Below, piece by piece: positions 1-8,315 of a DNA stretch of 64,000 nt. Origin of the DNA: Alphaproteobacteria bacterium (GTDB taxonomy: Bacteria; Pseudomonadota; Alphaproteobacteria; UBA828); assembly GCA_965214705.1 (NCBI GenBank), contig CBDCCI010000001.1, positions 630,013-694,012 of the forward strand, written 5' to 3'. Position 1 is the first letter of the stretch; the number at the start of each line of letters is the position of its first letter. The translations under genes were made by a program, and so were the position numbers. The notes under the pieces were generated by a model that was not told where the DNA came from, ran no database searches, and was given only the letters and a program-made list of their open reading frames with translations.

Positions 1-231
1 ACAGGGCCCGGTCACATAACGGAGACGGTTTCCGAGGATGATTGGGCAGGCCTGCTGAGAGCCGCCGACGAGGCGGCCGCTTCCGAAATCCTTGTCGATA
101 ACGGACCGGACGGACTTCTGATAGGACGGCTTGCCCAAAGACGCTATTGGAGCATGACCCAAGCGTGGCAGCTTGCACAGCGGATTGCATGGTCCCACGT
201 TGAGTTGTTCAAGCGGCACGCCAACGCATGA
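1..231 (+). CDS. 3' end of an unidentified ORF (5' partial at window edge)
   Basis: Frame 1 is open from base 1 to TGA at 229-231 (...LAQRIAWSHVELFKRHANA*). The stop overlaps the ATG of the next ORF (ATGA), suggesting translational coupling. It is missing from the ORF track because it has no start inside the window. Confidence 0.4.
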   Translation, partial: TGPGHITETVSEDDWAGLLRAADEAAASEILVDNGPDGLLIGRLAQRRYWSMTQAWQLAQRIAWSHVELFKRHANA

Positions 232-938
232 GAGGTCAAACGGTTCGGCCTCGACAGGACCAAGTCGCGGCGCTGACCCGCGGCGTTCGGCTGCCGCTGG
301 CGCCTATCGAGGACGAACATCTCAAAATACTGGCAGAAGGCTTGCAGCGTGCGTTCCATGACGTTCGCGAGCACGAGCCGGACACAGTCTCCTCTGGCGG
401 AGAGGCGGAAGTGACTGCGTTGATGCAGGCGCGCCTGAACGGGCTGATCCAAGAGGACTCTCTTTGGCGTCAGCTCGTCCTTTGCGTCGTACGTGGAGCG
501 GAGAGTATCAGTTTCGACGGCGCTCACCTTGAGAAACGCCCAGACCTCTCGATCGTCCTTTCAAGCGCAGACCGGCGCTTTCCCCTAATTGCCGAGGCGA
601 AAATTCTCGACGCCGGGGCGTCGAAGACAACAAAACTGTATTGTGAGAATGGGCTTCGGCGATTCGTGCTGGGCGACTATGCGTGGGCCAACCGCGAAGC
701 ATTCATGATCGGCTACGTTCGGGATGGGTCGATGATCGATCCGGCACTCACGGCCTTTTTGTCGAAAGCAGCAGTTTCGGATCCTGACCGCTACTTGCTC
801 GAATCGCTTCCCGTCCCTGTTCCGACAAGCCCTTTCGACTTGGCGTACACACGCCATGACCGAAGTTTTGTCTACGGCAACCAAGAACCGCCGAATAACC
901 CCGGGCCCATTTCCCTCTGGCATTTGTGGCTAGCGTAG
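228..938 (+). CDS. hypothetical protein with a PD-(D/E)xK-like nuclease motif
   Basis: 236-aa ORF. It carries ...EKRPDLSIVL...FPLIAEAKILD, a D...E-x-K arrangement typical of the restriction-endonuclease fold. GC is lower than the window average. Confidence 0.55.
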   Translation: MRGQTVRPRQDQVAALTRGVRLPLAPIEDEHLKILAEGLQRAFHDVREHEPDTVSSGGEAEVTALMQARLNGLIQEDSLWRQLVLCVVRGAESISFDGAHLEKRPDLSIVLSSADRRFPLIAEAKILDAGASKTTKLYCENGLRRFVLGDYAWANREAFMIGYVRDGSMIDPALTAFLSKAAVSDPDRYLLESLPVPVPTSPFDLAYTRHDRSFVYGNQEPPNNPGPISLWHLWLA

Positions 939-1209
939 GCAGACTGGAGGGCTACCTCAGTCAATCCGACGGTTGGCCGAACGCGAAAGGATTACCTAGA
1001 CTCGTGCCGCTTCATCGTCCACCTCCTCCGACCAGCTACTGTCGTCTTGCTCATCCACCTCGTACGGATCAATGTCTGCCGCCACCTCTTCGTGTACAGC
1101 ATTCCCGCTGTTAACGGGCCTTGTGCCGTACGCTTGGGTGTAGGTCTGGCATGGCGATCGTAAGTCATTGATTTAGCGCGATTGGCGGGTGGCCGTAGGC
1201 AGCCAGAAT

Positions 1210-2765
1210 CGGGTTTTCGTGACAATCGGCCGGTGCAGGGCCGGATTTTGTCACAACGGCGGCATCCAGCAGTGGTGGGTGGGAACGCTCCGCACCGCGA
1301 GATGCGGTAGGATGCCGCGCCGACAACCCAACATCAGACCCAACATCAGGAGCGTTCCCATGCCAGTGTCGCAGTCTCTCATCGCCTCGTCCATCGACCT
1401 TTTGGGCCTGCCTGCCGAAGTCGCCGAAGCGGTCGCCCAGGTGGTGGAGTTCTGTCGCGAACAGGCTGGGTCTGACCCGTCTGCCGAGACGTTCGAAACG
1501 GTTGAGACGGGGCTGCGGGACGCCATGAACGGCTTGGGTTGCAAGCTCCTTGGGGCCTTCGCCGAGAGCCGCGACGACGGTGCGAGCCGGATCGAGCGCG
1601 ACGGACAGAGCTGGGTCCGGGTGGCGGCGACGCCGAAGACGATCATGACGACGCTCGGTCCCGTGACCTATCGGCGTGCGCGCTATCGCAGCGGCGCGAG
1701 CAGCACGTCGCTGGTGCCGGTGGACGAGAGCCTGGGCCTCATCGACGACTACCTGACGCGGCCGGCGGCGCAGCTCGGGCTGATGATGATGGGCCACTGT
1801 ACGCCGCGTGAAGCGGAGGAGTTCTTCGCGAAAATGGGCGGAATGACGCCGTCGGTGAGCACGCTGCAGCGCCTGGCCCTGAGCATGCATGAGCACTGGG
1901 AGAGCGTCGCCCCGGAGACGCTGGCCAGCATCCGTGAAACCCAGGGCATACCGCCCGATGCGGTCACCGCGTCCGTCTCCCTTGACGGCGTCATGGTGGC
2001 GCTGCGGGCCGGCGAGGACGGCCGTGCCGAGGCGTGCTGGCGCGAGGCCTCTTGCGGCACGGTCTCCTTCCACGACGCCGAGGGCCAACGGCTGAAGACC
2101 CTCTATCTCGGCCGTATGCCCGAGAGCGGCAAGGCCGCGCTGAAAGCGCAACTTGCAAGCGAGGTCGCCCATATCCGCCGTGTGAGCCCGAAGATCAGGA
2201 TCGGCGCCGTCGCCGACGGGGCCGCCGACAACTGGACCTTCCTCGAAAGCCTCTCGCCCGAGACCGAGGTCATCGACTTCTGGCACGCTTGCGAGCATCT
2301 CCGCGTGGCCTCTGACCATGCGGTGGCGCGCCACTGGTTCGAGAAGCACCGCGAAATCCTGCGCCACGACCCCCGCGGCGTCGACAAGGTGATCCGGGCA
2401 CTGCGCTACCTCCTGGACAGGGCAAAGGGGGACCCGGCCGAGATCGAGCGCGAGCTGGCCTTCTTCCGAAAGCACCGCCATCGGATGCGCTACCACGCCC
2501 TGAAGGAAGAGGGCATCGCCATCGGCTCGGGTGTGGTCGAGGCGGCCTGCAAGACCCTCGTCGCGCAGCGCTTGAAACGCTCGGGCATGCGCTGGCGGAT
2601 CGACGGCGGGCAGGCGGTTCTGACCTTCCGCGCCCTGATCAAATCCGGCCTCTTCGACCGGGCATGGGATGCGCTCATGGACGCCCGATCCGGACCAGCT
2701 AACGACAACATCAGCCCAACCGAAGTCCTGGCACTCGCTGCTTGACCAAAATGAACCAGCCCATA
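1210..2765 (+). mobile_element. ISKra4-family insertion sequence (ends approximate)
   Basis: It contains the ISKra4-type transposase. Weak terminal similarity exists between GGGTTTTCGTGACAATCGG / GGATTTTGTCAC on the left and TTGACCAAAATGAACC on the right. Boundaries are not resolved. Confidence 0.5.
1360..2745 (+). CDS. ISKra4-family (UPF0236) transposase
   Basis: The ATG at 1360 follows AGGAG at 1348-1352. The C-terminal signature GSGVVEAACKTLVAQRLKRSGMRWRIDGGQAVLTFRALIKSGLFDRAW is typical of ISKra4 transposases. Confidence 0.85.
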   Translation: MPVSQSLIASSIDLLGLPAEVAEAVAQVVEFCREQAGSDPSAETFETVETGLRDAMNGLGCKLLGAFAESRDDGASRIERDGQSWVRVAATPKTIMTTLGPVTYRRARYRSGASSTSLVPVDESLGLIDDYLTRPAAQLGLMMMGHCTPREAEEFFAKMGGMTPSVSTLQRLALSMHEHWESVAPETLASIRETQGIPPDAVTASVSLDGVMVALRAGEDGRAEACWREASCGTVSFHDAEGQRLKTLYLGRMPESGKAALKAQLASEVAHIRRVSPKIRIGAVADGAADNWTFLESLSPETEVIDFWHACEHLRVASDHAVARHWFEKHREILRHDPRGVDKVIRALRYLLDRAKGDPAEIERELAFFRKHRHRMRYHALKEEGIAIGSGVVEAACKTLVAQRLKRSGMRWRIDGGQAVLTFRALIKSGLFDRAWDALMDARSGPANDNISPTEVLALAA

Positions 2766-2778
2766 TCCTTTAGCGCCA

Positions 2779-4737
2779 TCACGACTGGCATATCGCCATA
2801 CGAGAATCACACCCGTACGCTTGCCGATATGTTCGTACCCAGACAATCATTTCCTCGTCCATGCGCTTCAGCTCGTCGCGCCAACGACTTACAAGCTCCG
2901 GTTCCGCACCCCGAACGTCCGCAATTGGCCTATCATCGTCTCCACGGGTAGCCAACAAGGCATCAAATGCCTCGCTGAGGTTTTCTATCGCGCCGTCAAG
3001 ATCATTCTGTGCACTAACGTACCGATCTAGTGGCGTGTTACCAGGGTCTTGGGCTTTCCGTGCCTTTCCAGGAGGCGGAAACGTGTTCCGGAGATAAATG
3101 TCGCTGATAGTCTGATCACCAGACCCATCAGACAGAGACTTAACATTTCCATTCTCATCCACTGCACGAATTGGCTGCTCGTTGGCATAGTCCTGAACTG
3201 CCTGGCCGAACTGATAGATCCCCTGCGGATTGCGTCGCATGGCATCCAGCACTTCCCCGGGAGTACGCCGATCCGGCTGCTCGTTACCCGCGGATCCCCT
3301 ATCGGCATTCAACCTGCCAGAAACAACCAGCGGATAGGACGCCCGGACCGCGAGTTCCACGGTCGATGGTCCTGGGTCTTCGGTTGCATGGGTGCCAATC
3401 CATGCTTGCAACTCGGTCAGAGCGGCCTTTTGGAGTTCTGCGTTCGACCGCCCGGTAGGTTCCCAGTCATGAACACGAACAAACTTGCCGAACGAATGAC
3501 GGAGATATCGCCGAACCTGATCCACCTTGCTCGGCTCATCAGCAACCGCACGGAGTATCAGCACAGTAGCAAGGTCATGCATTAGTTTGGAAGTGATACG
3601 TTTGCGGGTGGATTGGCTGGTCACCGCCACGCGAATGGCGTAGTCCACCCGCTCGTCATGGTTAGTGAAGAGATGGACAATTCGTGCCGCCCGCAACACG
3701 GGATCGTCCGGAAGGTGTGCAGCCTTTGCCTCGGCCTGAGTACACGATCCAGCAAGATATGCATACTCAGTCGAAGAGATAAGATCACGCCGATACAACT
3801 CGGCAAGCACCTCGTCTGCAAGCGATTCGTATTCAGGCCCGTCACCCCAAGGCTTCGGAGGATCAACGTGGCGCAATGCTACGAGCGACTTCACTGCCGT
3901 CGGAAATTGGGCCGAGGATTGTGGATGAGGCAAGAACCCAACAATAATCAGCGCCGGTATGCGCTCACAACGAAGAGCGATGCTTTCACTCTCATCCGGT
4001 CCACGCTCGTGAGTCTTATTCAGCTTTCGGATGTGAGCACGCAGTTTCGACTCATTGTCGTCGTAAGGAACATCACTCGATCGGATTTGCAGCAGGTCGT
4101 GAACACACGTAGTCCGCGAAGAGCCCTCCGCTGTAGTCAATGCCGTCACCGCCGCAGATCCGTCCTCGTGCTGATATGTCGTAGCAACCACCCAGACGGC
4201 CTCCATTACCCCCTGGGACGCGATCGACCTGCGCCAGTCATTCTCAGCGAGTACGTATCCGGCTGCATGTTGCGCAGCCCATGTCAGATGGTGCCGGCTC
4301 TCGATATCCACCACGAGCTCGCCCTTGTTCGGCTCCTCGGAGTCAAACGGACGAGCTTCCGGGACTGGCCTAAACTTGGAATCTTCACCACCGGTCCCGG
4401 GTTCAATCGCGAACGGGTGACGGCGTGAAGGAAGCGTTCTCGGGTTGCGGGGGTCGGGCATGATGCGGCGCGCCCAGACACTGGTCCGAACCCCCAGTAA
4501 CGTACCGCCGGGAACCGGAATCTTCTCCGCTTCTGGATCCGCGGGGTCACCTATTGATTTCCGTACGTCAGTCGGGTCAACGACAGCGTTGGCTATCGCC
4601 GAAGCGGAAACATCGGACAAGCCGAAGGCGTCAACCAGCCGTGCCGCCAAGCTATGGCGTGACCTCGCGTTTGCGTATTCTGGTAGGCTCTCTACTGGAC
4701 GCGGGATGACGTGCGGTTCATTCGTGTACTTATTCAT
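2779..4737 (-). CDS. large hypothetical protein (652 aa), possible ParB/Srx-like core
   Basis: Long ORF in roughly 50-55% GC DNA. The start is taken at MNKYTNEP, preceded by GGAGGAG. The segment AAVTALTTAEGSSRTTCV resembles the strand-G-x-x-R motif of ParB/Srx-fold proteins, but the match is weak. Confidence 0.6.
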   Translation of the reverse strand: MNKYTNEPHVIPRPVESLPEYANARSRHSLAARLVDAFGLSDVSASAIANAVVDPTDVRKSIGDPADPEAEKIPVPGGTLLGVRTSVWARRIMPDPRNPRTLPSRRHPFAIEPGTGGEDSKFRPVPEARPFDSEEPNKGELVVDIESRHHLTWAAQHAAGYVLAENDWRRSIASQGVMEAVWVVATTYQHEDGSAAVTALTTAEGSSRTTCVHDLLQIRSSDVPYDDNESKLRAHIRKLNKTHERGPDESESIALRCERIPALIIVGFLPHPQSSAQFPTAVKSLVALRHVDPPKPWGDGPEYESLADEVLAELYRRDLISSTEYAYLAGSCTQAEAKAAHLPDDPVLRAARIVHLFTNHDERVDYAIRVAVTSQSTRKRITSKLMHDLATVLILRAVADEPSKVDQVRRYLRHSFGKFVRVHDWEPTGRSNAELQKAALTELQAWIGTHATEDPGPSTVELAVRASYPLVVSGRLNADRGSAGNEQPDRRTPGEVLDAMRRNPQGIYQFGQAVQDYANEQPIRAVDENGNVKSLSDGSGDQTISDIYLRNTFPPPGKARKAQDPGNTPLDRYVSAQNDLDGAIENLSEAFDALLATRGDDDRPIADVRGAEPELVSRWRDELKRMDEEMIVWVRTYRQAYGCDSRMAICQS

Positions 4738-4800
4738 GACTCCTCCAGATTTCGCGTCCCACACAGTCTCGTTCGTAGGACGATGAAACAACGGTGCGAA

Positions 4801-4829
4801 GCAGGGGACCGCCTACGGCAGCCCCCTGC
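4801..4829 (-). terminator. stem-loop about 20 nt downstream of the reconstructed hicA stop
   Basis: GCAGGGG...CCCCTGC forms a 7-bp stem with a 15-nt loop. There is no clear U-tract. Confidence 0.3.
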
Positions 4830-4848
4830 TCGCTAGTCGAACGAGGAA

Positions 4849-4888
4849 CTACGACCTCATCTTGCGCCGCAGTTGGGCATGAAAGTTC
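4849..4888 (-). pseudogene. hicA: hicA toxin gene, 3' segment (separated from the 5' segment by IS91-family copy 1)
   Basis: Joined to 7555-7712, the frame reads ...SDSRAIK|NFHAQLRRKMRS*, a typical HicA C-terminus, with TAG at 4849-4851. Confidence 0.7.
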
Positions 4889-5119
4889 TTGAACGAAGCC
4901 GCTACGCGGAGTTAGCGGCGTAGAGTTCATTCATTTCCGAGGCGTCGCGGGTGCCGTTTGTTCTGTGCGTTCGCTTCCCGGTTGCGTCAGTGGCGCTCCG
5001 CCCGTCGGGTGGCGGATCCCCAGCAGCCTCCCGATCACCAGTGGTTAGCATCGACCCCTGCGACGGACCGTCGCCGGATCGGTCCGGCGGCGCGCCGTCG
5101 CGATCCAGGGAGATCGATA

Positions 5120-5998
5120 ATGACCGGGACCGCGTGCGACACGAACACCGTCACCCCTCTTCGCCAGCGCATGGAGGAGCAGCTCCGCATCGCCAATCTG
5201 GCCGCGAGCACGTCCAAGGCCTACATCTGCGAGATCAAGAACCTGGCCAGGTACTACGACGCCTCGCCGGACGAGCTCGACGCCGAGCAGGTGCGCCAGT
5301 GGTACCTGGGGCGGATCGACAAGGGGCTCAGTCCGGGCACGACCAACGTCTCCTTCGCCGCGCTGAACTTCCTCTACATCGACACACTCGGCTGGCCTGA
5401 CCATGTCGCCGGCCTGCGCTCCCGCAAGAAGCCCGGCAAGCTGCCGCGCTACATGTCGGAGCAGGAGGTCGAGCACCTCATCCTTGCGACACCCGACCTC
5501 CGCCACCGTGCTGCCATTGTCACCGGCTATGGCGGCGGGCTCCGCATCTCCGAGACCTTGGCCATCAAGGTCGGCGACATCCTGTCGGAGAAGAAGCTGC
5601 TGCACATCCCCTCCGGCAAAGGCGGCACCGAGAGAATGGCACCGTTGCCGGACATCGTCATCCACTACTTGCGCGTCTACTACAGGAACATCTGGCCGCG
5701 TCCGACGAGCTGGCTCTTCTACGGCGTCTCGCTCGACAGGCCCATCGCAACGGAGACCTTGCAGGCCGCCTTCAGGAGGGCGCGCGACATTGCCGAGCTC
5801 GACCGCAGCTACACCTTCCATTGCCTGCGCCATTCGGCGGCGACCCATCTCCTCGAGCGCGGCGGCGATATCGAGGTGATCCGGGACATGCTCGGCCATC
5901 GAAGCGCGAACACGACCCGTCACTACGCCCGCGTCACCGGCAAGATGTTCGAGGGCCTCGACCACCCGATCTCAGGCTTCGCAGCGTTGCGCAACTGA
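5120..5998 (+). CDS. tyrosine recombinase (phage-integrase/Xer-like) encoded by the IS
   Basis: The ATG at 5120 follows GGGAGA. Motifs seen are GGLRISETL (Arg), HCLRHSAATHLLERG (H-x-x-R) and LGHRSANTTRHYARV (His...Tyr). Confidence 0.85.
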   Translation: MTGTACDTNTVTPLRQRMEEQLRIANLAASTSKAYICEIKNLARYYDASPDELDAEQVRQWYLGRIDKGLSPGTTNVSFAALNFLYIDTLGWPDHVAGLRSRKKPGKLPRYMSEQEVEHLILATPDLRHRAAIVTGYGGGLRISETLAIKVGDILSEKKLLHIPSGKGGTERMAPLPDIVIHYLRVYYRNIWPRPTSWLFYGVSLDRPIATETLQAAFRRARDIAELDRSYTFHCLRHSAATHLLERGGDIEVIRDMLGHRSANTTRHYARVTGKMFEGLDHPISGFAALRN

Positions 5999-6004
5999 CG
6001 GCGC

Positions 6005-7246
6005 GTGGAGGCCGAACGCGCGGGCGTGGCGGAGATCTTCCGCCGCGCCGGCGCCGCTTTCCGTGAGCGCCACAAAGGGCGCATCGACGCCGCCCGGCTC
6101 AAGGTCATGGGCGCCATCGAGGCGTGCCGCACCGCCGTGCTCGGCGGCCACATGTACGCCTGCGAGGGCTGCGGGCGCGAGCATCCGCTCTTCAACTCCT
6201 GCCGCAACCGCCACTGCCCCACCTGCCAGGGTCTCGCCGCCAACCTCTGGAGCGAGGAGCGCGCCGGGGACATCCTGCCGGTGCCCTACTTCCATGTGGT
6301 CTTCACCCTGCCCAAGGAGGTTGCCGCCATTGCCTTCTGCAACCGCAGGGTGGTGTTCGACATCCTCTTCCGGGCCGTCGCCGAGACCCTGCGCACCATC
6401 GCCGCCGATCCCCGCCACGGCGGCATGCGCATCGGCGGCACCGCGGTCCTCCATACCTGGGATCAGAAGCTCCGCTTCCACCCGCACCTGCACGTGGTCG
6501 TGCCCAACGCGGGCTTCGACGTAGACAGTGGCGAGTGGAAGACGGGGAGCACCACCTTCCTCGCCCCCGTCAAGGTCCTCGGCAGCCTGTTCCGCCGCCT
6601 CTTCCTCAAGGAGCTCGCCCGCGCCCACGGCCGGGGGGACCTGGAGTTCCACGGCACCCTCGCCCACCTCGCCAATCCCGGCGAGTTCCACGCCACGCTT
6701 GCCGCCGCCCGGGCCAGGGACTGGGTGGTCTACGCCAAGCGGCCCTTCCGCGGGCCTGAGCAGGTCTTCCGGTACCTCTCGCACTACACGCACAGGATCG
6801 CCATCTCCGACAGCCGCATCGTCTCCTTCGACGGCGAGACGGTCTCCTTCCGCCACCGAAAGCCCAAGGCGCCGGGGCAGAGAAAGCCGCGCTACGGCAT
6901 CGCCACCGTGAGCGCCGACGAGTTCATCCGCCGCTTCCTGAGGCACGTCCTGCCGGACGGCATGCACCGCATTCGCTACTTCGGCATCCTCGCCAACGGC
7001 TGCCGCGCCAGCACGCTGGAGAGAGCACGCCAGGCTCTCGGCGCCCTCGGCTGCGCCGCCCCCGAGGGAAGCGTGGACGGCGCTCAGGCCGAGCCCGACG
7101 AAGAGCCCGAGATCGGCACCGCGCCCGTGGCCTGCCCCCACTGCGGCGGCGTCATGCGCCTCGTCCGCGAAATCCGCCGCCGCCATGAGCCCCGCTCGAC
7201 GCGCGGCCCGCCGGCGCTGCCGCCGACCCACAGGGGGAAACCGTGA
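6005..7246 (+). CDS. IS91-family HUH/Y2 rolling-circle transposase
   Basis: GTG start. An N-terminal zinc-binding region (CEGCG...CRNRHCPTCQ) is followed by an HUH-like motif FHPHLHVVV and the tyrosine region YLSHYTHRIAISDSRI. Confidence 0.9.
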   Translation: MEAERAGVAEIFRRAGAAFRERHKGRIDAARLKVMGAIEACRTAVLGGHMYACEGCGREHPLFNSCRNRHCPTCQGLAANLWSEERAGDILPVPYFHVVFTLPKEVAAIAFCNRRVVFDILFRAVAETLRTIAADPRHGGMRIGGTAVLHTWDQKLRFHPHLHVVVPNAGFDVDSGEWKTGSTTFLAPVKVLGSLFRRLFLKELARAHGRGDLEFHGTLAHLANPGEFHATLAAARARDWVVYAKRPFRGPEQVFRYLSHYTHRIAISDSRIVSFDGETVSFRHRKPKAPGQRKPRYGIATVSADEFIRRFLRHVLPDGMHRIRYFGILANGCRASTLERARQALGALGCAAPEGSVDGAQAEPDEEPEIGTAPVACPHCGGVMRLVREIRRRHEPRSTRGPPALPPTHRGKP

Positions 7247-7508
7247 GACGCCCGCTCGCTTCGGCCCCGCGCAACGGCGCCAAAGCGCCGACGCACGACC
7301 GAACCTGTCTCCGCTTGAGCCGGGCTGACAGCCCTCGGCTCACACCCCGCTCAGTCCTCGCAGCGTGCGCCCGCATGCCTGCCGAAAGACCGGCGCGAGC
7401 GTCGATTTTATGCGCAACTCTGCTGCCGGTGGATGCCGCCTGACGCTGACATCAGCGCACTTTCCACATAGCTCAACTTCGCCTCTCGTGGCCCGCGGCT
7501 TCGTTCAA

Positions 7509-7550
7509 AAGGGTTGGGCAGGCTCTCGAGAGAGAGCCTGCCCAACCCTT
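7509..7550 (+). repeat. right-end hairpin of the IS (19-bp perfect stem, GAGA loop)
   Basis: AAGGGTTGGGCAGGCTCTC-GAGA-GAGAGCCTGCCCAACCCTT. The identical hairpin is found in copies 3, 4 and 5 at 19238-19279, 39389-39430 and 62180-62221. Copy 2 carries a flipped version. Confidence 0.85.
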
Positions 7551-7554
7551 AACC

Positions 7555-7712
7555 TTGATCGCGCGGGAGTCGGAAGGCGTGTCAGGCGCAAACACAACGC
7601 CTTCCATGTTTGGGTGTTCGAACCGCCAATGACCGCCACGGGTCTTGGTCGCGATGAACCCCTGCCGCTCAAGCTGGCGGCGGACTTCTTTCATTTCGGA
7701 ACTGGCTGACAT
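7555..7712 (-). pseudogene. hicA: hicA toxin gene, 5' segment
   Basis: The ATG at 7712 follows AAGGAG. MSASSEMKEVRRQLERQGFIATKTRGGHWRFEHPNMEGVVFAPDTPSDSRAIK looks like a HicA/YcfA-type protein. The ORF then runs into the IS hairpin. Confidence 0.75.
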
Positions 7713-8109
7713 TCCTGTCTCCTTGGCTGGCGGCCAAATCGCCAATCGACCTCGGCCGCAACGTGAGTTGACCAACCGAGGTGCCAAGGAGACGGGGTCT
7801 CCGTGCGCATCCTCCTTCCGCTTGCTAGGTAAGACCCAGCGTCACCGAAGGCGGCAACAGCTGCGATGTGACCCTCCCAAGACGTACACGAGCGCTGGGT
7901 TCATCCAGCAAATCGCGCGTAGCCGCCCCTCATCGCCAATGATGGGGTGGAAGACCGCGAACAGCTGCGTCGCGGTTAGGAGGAGTATCGAGGAATGCGG
8001 CGGCAACGTCAACCCTGATTCGTGGGAGGCTGGTGGCCGCGCATCTCAAGTGTCGTCGATGTCGAGCGTTACCCCGCTTGGCGGGGCCAGATCGCATCGG
8101 CAGAGATTC

Positions 8110-8315
8110 TCGACCCGGGTGCCGAGCTTGATCGCGACGGCGTCGGCCGTCACGAAGCCGATGCTGCCGATGTCCCGCGCGAGCCGTTAGGGGTTCTCCG
8201 TCATCACCTGCACGGTGTCCGCGCCGTAGTTCCGGAATGTCCGCACCGCCCGCGCCGTGCCCACGGCGTGGTTGTGCAGGAACACCCTGATCTCGCGCAC
8301 GACCTTCTGCTCGGC
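8110..8315 (-). pseudogene. RecD2-like helicase relic (helix-hairpin-helix region only)
   Basis: AEQKVVREIRVFLHNHAVGTARAVRTFRNYGADTVQVMTENP*RLARDIGSIGFVTADAVAIKLG matches the conserved HhH segment of alphaproteobacterial RecD-like helicases. TAA at 8187-8189 sits where Tyr (NPYRLA) is expected. Confidence 0.6.

Larger units (their letters stand above)
4889..7554 (+). mobile_element. IS91-family element with tyrosine recombinase, copy 1 (2,666 bp)
   Basis: Boundaries come from comparing five copies. The left end is TTGAACGAAGCCGC (4889-4902) and its inverted copy GCGGCTTCGTTCAA lies at 7495-7508. A 46-nt hairpin tail follows and ends in CCCTTAACC. A left-end hairpin GCCGCTA/TAGCGGC sits at 4898-4919. 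Confidence 0.9.

Noticed and set aside
4730-4930. Short ORFs starting MNSTPLTPRSGFVQ... that read outward from the left end of every IS copy (also 13606-13989, 36478-36810 and 59410-59601).
   Set aside because: Only the first ~14 codons, encoded by the IS end, are shared. The rest differs with each flank, so these are fortuitous read-outs and not a gene. An outward-reading start could in principle create fusions, but I see no evidence for that.
5972-7231. Long antisense ORFs opposite real genes. Examples are 419 aa opposite the IS91 transposase in every copy, 306 aa opposite the recombinase, 1165-2496, 11270-13216, 19398-20489, 20742-22265, 32195-33307, 34357-35397, 44731-45882, 48894-50552, 51697-52935, 55483-57294 and 62407-63612.
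   Set aside because: They have Arg/Ala/Gly/Pro-rich composition with no recognisable motifs. Each lies opposite a gene with strong family signatures. This is the usual stop-codon-poor antisense artefact of high-GC DNA.
7713-7930. Searched for a hicB antitoxin next to hicA, both upstream here and downstream at 4738-4848.
   Set aside because: There is no ORF with an RNase-H-like/RHH HicB pattern. The only upstream ORF starts directly on its putative RBS and overlaps hicA out of frame.
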